Positions 17,021-20,000 of a DNA stretch of 20,000 nt are shown here, piece by piece. The translations under genes were made by a program, and so were the position numbers. How positions within the stretch are numbered: position 1 is the stretch's first letter; the number at the start of each line of letters is the position of its first letter. This DNA is from an uncultured virus (IMG/VR IMGVR_UViG_2061766007_000813) (taxonomy: Duplodnaviria > Heunggongvirae > Uroviricota > Caudoviricetes): the IMG/VR virus record IMGVR_UViG_2061766007_000813; one strand, 5' to 3'. A model generated the notes under the pieces. It was not told where the DNA came from and made no database searches. It was given only the letters and a program-made list of their open reading frames with translations.

Positions 17021-18088
17021 ATGAAAGACAAAGATAAACCGCAATCAATTATCATTCAAAGTTGTCATTTTCCTACTCAGTGTGTTTCCGAAATGCTTGG
17101 ACTTTATGCATTCTTCAGCAAGAATCCATGTTACAAAGGATTATATTTAAGTGATTATGAAAAAGCCCATCTTAATCAGGATGAATTTTCACCAAGATGG
17201 CGTTTTTATTACAATGAGGAAATTAATTATCTTCTTGAAGAAATGAAAATAGGGCTTGGTACTCTTGAAGAATTGCCAATGGGTACTCCAATTGATTATG
17301 AATTATTCGATTGGAGATTTTACACAGGATGTCCTGCTTGTCCGAATCGGATAAACGTTGAATTGAAACCAGTCACACATCAGAATGCGGTCGTCGTGTG
17401 CTTCAGCGGTGGAAAGGACTCCGTTGCTACCGCGCTCAAATGCCGTGAGATGGGATACGACGTGCAGTTGTATCATATTCACGGAATCAACCATTCGTAC
17501 CCAGATGAGGTCAACGCCACGAAGGAAATCGCCGAATATCTCAAGATGCCGTTGTACATCGAGAATGTCTCTCTCTGCGGAAAGTCCGCTTGGCAGGAGA
17601 ACCCAGTCAAGAACCAGTTGATTGCGACAATGACTTTGAATTACGCCAATGAGAACGGGTTTGGTCAACGAATTGCACTCGGAGATTTCAGGAACGACCA
17701 CCGCGAACGCGCCATCTACGGGACGAACTGGACGGATACGGTCGAGATGTGGGAGGCGTACAGGAAGTATATTACCTGCCAGTATCCCGACTACGAGCTA
17801 ATCATGCCGTTCGACAACTACTTTCAGACGATGGATTTGGTTGCTCAGGACATGAACCTCCTGAAGATGGTGCAGGGTTGCATTGCCCCGATGCGGTACC
17901 GCGACTACTGGCGTGAGAAGAACATTGCCAAATTCGGGGAAGACGTGGTTCTCCCGCATCGGTGTGGTTCGTGCTGGAAATGCTGTCGCGAGTACACGCA
18001 TCTCGCCGACACTGGCGTTCTGCCCATGAACGAGAAATTCTACAAGAAGTGCATGGGTGTGCTGAAAAAAAAGGAAAAGGAGATATGA
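17021..18088 (+). CDS. QueC-like PP-loop (adenine-nucleotide alpha-hydrolase) ATPase with C-terminal Zn motif
   Basis: VVCFSGGKDSVAT PP-loop, NPVKNQLI, and GC...CGSCWKC Zn cluster. It has an extra ~120-aa N-terminus compared with canonical QueC. Confidence 0.8.
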   Translation: MKDKDKPQSIIIQSCHFPTQCVSEMLGLYAFFSKNPCYKGLYLSDYEKAHLNQDEFSPRWRFYYNEEINYLLEEMKIGLGTLEELPMGTPIDYELFDWRFYTGCPACPNRINVELKPVTHQNAVVVCFSGGKDSVATALKCREMGYDVQLYHIHGINHSYPDEVNATKEIAEYLKMPLYIENVSLCGKSAWQENPVKNQLIATMTLNYANENGFGQRIALGDFRNDHRERAIYGTNWTDTVEMWEAYRKYITCQYPDYELIMPFDNYFQTMDLVAQDMNLLKMVQGCIAPMRYRDYWREKNIAKFGEDVVLPHRCGSCWKCCREYTHLADTGVLPMNEKFYKKCMGVLKKKEKEI

Positions 18089-19134
18089 CCCAATTCAACC
18101 TTTTCGAGGATAATGTGTCATCGTTTACGTTTTTGGAATTTTTAGAGAACGTAAACGATTTTGAATGGTTCAAGTCAAGTTCGAAGCTTGGAATAGAACA
18201 TGAGAACGAGCTGAACAGGTACTATTCCTTTGAATACGGGAAGGACAATCCTCCTCTGTATCTTGCCGACCCATTGAACGCAACAATAACTGGCAAGACA
18301 ACATATCATGTAATGATTGTCAGATTTGAGGACGGAGATTCAGTGCTAGTCGTGTACCGCTCGCTTGAATTTATGAAAAAGAGGATACACGTTTTCGATA
18401 TTCCGATTTCAATCACAGGAAACAAAGAGCATTCATTGAAAATAATCGACGTAATGCTCAGTACGAAGTTTGTCACGTTCATCTTTAAAGAGAAGTACAA
18501 GTCTTATTTCAAAGAGGTTTATCCGAAGGAACAGTACAACGATTATTATTACGACCTTGAACAAGAGAATGCGATTCATTTCTCCAATCATATTTGGCTC
18601 AAGAAGCATTGCATTAATACATTGGTTAAGAATGATGATTATCAGATAATGAATGTGCATGGGCATCACGAATGGATAAAGAAAGCATTGGAATGCAGAA
18701 GAATATGGTTTAATGGGAGAAGTGGAGAGAAAAAAACCGATAATGAACGGAAGTATTTTGAGAATTCATTGAAATGCGAAGATGGAAGAATTGCAGAAAT
18801 TGCAATTGTATACAAACAGTCTTGCATACTCGCGATAAAAACAATTCTTGTTCACAAAGATAAAGGATATGCGACTGATATCATGTTCAGCCATGTGTCC
18901 CGAAGCAGGAAGACCATGATGGAGACTTATCCAGAAATCAATAATGGAGTGATGTCCAATCTAGATGAATGCATGAGGTACGCTACAGGTATGTTTCTTC
19001 TCAATAATGGGATTCAAAAAGAATACCGACTTGGATTTGTTCCTGAGAACAAGACGTTGAAAGAACATAAGGAAAGAATCACCACTGGAAAAATATTATA
19101 TTTTTCGACGGTCAAGGAACAACGGCATGAATAA
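18085..19134 (+). CDS. Hypothetical protein, possibly DUF2156/Fem-type (aminoacyl-tRNA-dependent transferase, double GNAT fold)
   Basis: ATGA overlap with the QueC-like gene (SD aaggag). NDYYYDLE...WLKKHCINTL and GIQKEYRLG....TLKEHKERI loosely match DUF2156 motifs (DYxY...KRxxIN; G..GLRxxK). Confidence 0.55.
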   Translation: MTQFNLFEDNVSSFTFLEFLENVNDFEWFKSSSKLGIEHENELNRYYSFEYGKDNPPLYLADPLNATITGKTTYHVMIVRFEDGDSVLVVYRSLEFMKKRIHVFDIPISITGNKEHSLKIIDVMLSTKFVTFIFKEKYKSYFKEVYPKEQYNDYYYDLEQENAIHFSNHIWLKKHCINTLVKNDDYQIMNVHGHHEWIKKALECRRIWFNGRSGEKKTDNERKYFENSLKCEDGRIAEIAIVYKQSCILAIKTILVHKDKGYATDIMFSHVSRSRKTMMETYPEINNGVMSNLDECMRYATGMFLLNNGIQKEYRLGFVPENKTLKEHKERITTGKILYFSTVKEQRHE

Positions 19135-19396
19135 CAGAATTTGCAAGAAATGTCCTAACGGGGAAGGAAAATGGCAATGGTTTAGAAAACCAGTTGCAAT
19201 GAATGGAGAATTCATATTCATGTGTTATTTTTATCATAAGAACGCAAACAATCCATGCTTTGAAATATCAGTCGAAGAAATGAAAACATATCCAAAAGGA
19301 AATCTTGACAAATGGGTGCAAGAAAATATTGATGTTGAAAAGCTCAAAAAATACTGTATTTGCTATTGCGAGCAACTAATGGACAAGTGGAAATAA
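19127..19396 (+). CDS. Small Cys-rich protein, paralog family B member
   Basis: ICKKCP...FMC...YCICYCEQLMDKWK; overlaps the stop of the upstream gene. Confidence 0.75.
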   Translation: MNNRICKKCPNGEGKWQWFRKPVAMNGEFIFMCYFYHKNANNPCFEISVEEMKTYPKGNLDKWVQENIDVEKLKKYCICYCEQLMDKWK

Positions 19397-19398
19397 TA

Positions 19399-19430
19399 AA
19401 AAAGCGAGGATAATTTTATCCTCGCTTTTT
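19399..19430. terminator. Bidirectional terminator
   Basis: aaaaagcgaggataa-tt-ttatcctcgcttttt, 15-bp stem between convergent genes. Confidence 0.88.
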
Positions 19431-19451
19431 GCTTAATTGATTTTATTCAAT

Positions 19452-19877
19452 TTATTTCACTTGGAAATCCAAAGCACCGATAATTTCTTCTGCTTCTTTT
19501 TTTGTATCATATTCTTCCTTCTTCGAGAACAAATCTTTCAATTTGTTGATTGCATTGGAAAGTCCTTTAAAAGCATCGATTACTGCATTTTTAATTGTAT
19601 CGACGATACCAGCAGTTTTTACAGAAGCCTTGAATTTACCGCCTGATGCGGATGGAATCCAAACACCTTGATTGCTTTCAAAGTTCTGCCCAAGAGCTTT
19701 GTCAAAAGATGCATTTGTAAATGATACAGCAGCAAGAACTTCGTTAAAGTAAGCAATTTTGCCCTTCAATTTTGTAATCAGCAACAATGAATTTTTTGAA
19801 CCAAGTTCAAGACGAACTGCTGTTTCTTCAATTCTTACTTTATGGTCTTTTACCTGGTTCTGTTGAAATTCATCTTC
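19452..19877 (-). CDS. Hypothetical protein, 5'-truncated by an N-gap
   Basis: The frame stays open upstream of the TTG at 19787 up to the gap (EDEFQQNQVKDHKVRIEE...). Confidence 0.7.
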   Translation of the reverse strand, partial: EDEFQQNQVKDHKVRIEETAVRLELGSKNSLLLITKLKGKIAYFNEVLAAVSFTNASFDKALGQNFESNQGVWIPSASGGKFKASVKTAGIVDTIKNAVIDAFKGLSNAINKLKDLFSKKEEYDTKKEAEEIIGALDFQVK

Positions 19878-20000
19878 TNNNNNNNNNNCAAGGAAGAGGG
19901 ACCTGTCAGGAAGGAATATGAAGGGAAGGACGAGGAATANNNNNNNNNNACTCGTCCATGAGCCATACGCGGATTACGGGAGGAACGAATTCTACCTGTT

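Noticed and set aside
1..20000. Stop-codon reassignment, as seen in some jumbo phages
   Set aside because: Genes tile densely under code 11, and TAA, TGA and TAG all occur as plausible stops (TAG at 11088-11090 is followed by the next gene's SD and start).
19889..20000. Short purine-rich fragments between N-gaps
   Set aside because: They are too short and fragmented to interpret.

Overview
This window looks like part of a large (jumbo-like) dsDNA bacteriophage genome from a gapped metagenomic scaffold. It has seven N-runs, three of them flanked by near-duplicate strain variants. The left arm is a nucleotide-metabolism and replication module: 5'-truncated MetK, a beta-class DNA methyltransferase, a dUTPase with a ~290-aa unknown N-terminal extension, and an N-terminal piece of DNA polymerase III alpha (DnaE). 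That DnaE stops before the FNKSH/OB-fold half and ends in a 56-aa split-intein (Hint)-like tail that lacks the block-B His. Next come an AT-rich, opposite-strand LRV/HEAT-repeat protein and a run of small, mostly Cys-rich phage genes. These include two local paralog families: three proteins resembling catalytically degenerate prohead proteases, and four copies of a small CxxC...C...C-x3-EQ module, one fused to a GNAT-like domain. The right part encodes DUF1353, a dCMP deaminase, a transglutaminase-like protein and a translationally coupled QueC-like PP-loop ATPase plus a DUF2156/Fem-like protein. All family calls come from motif recognition by eye; no searches were run.
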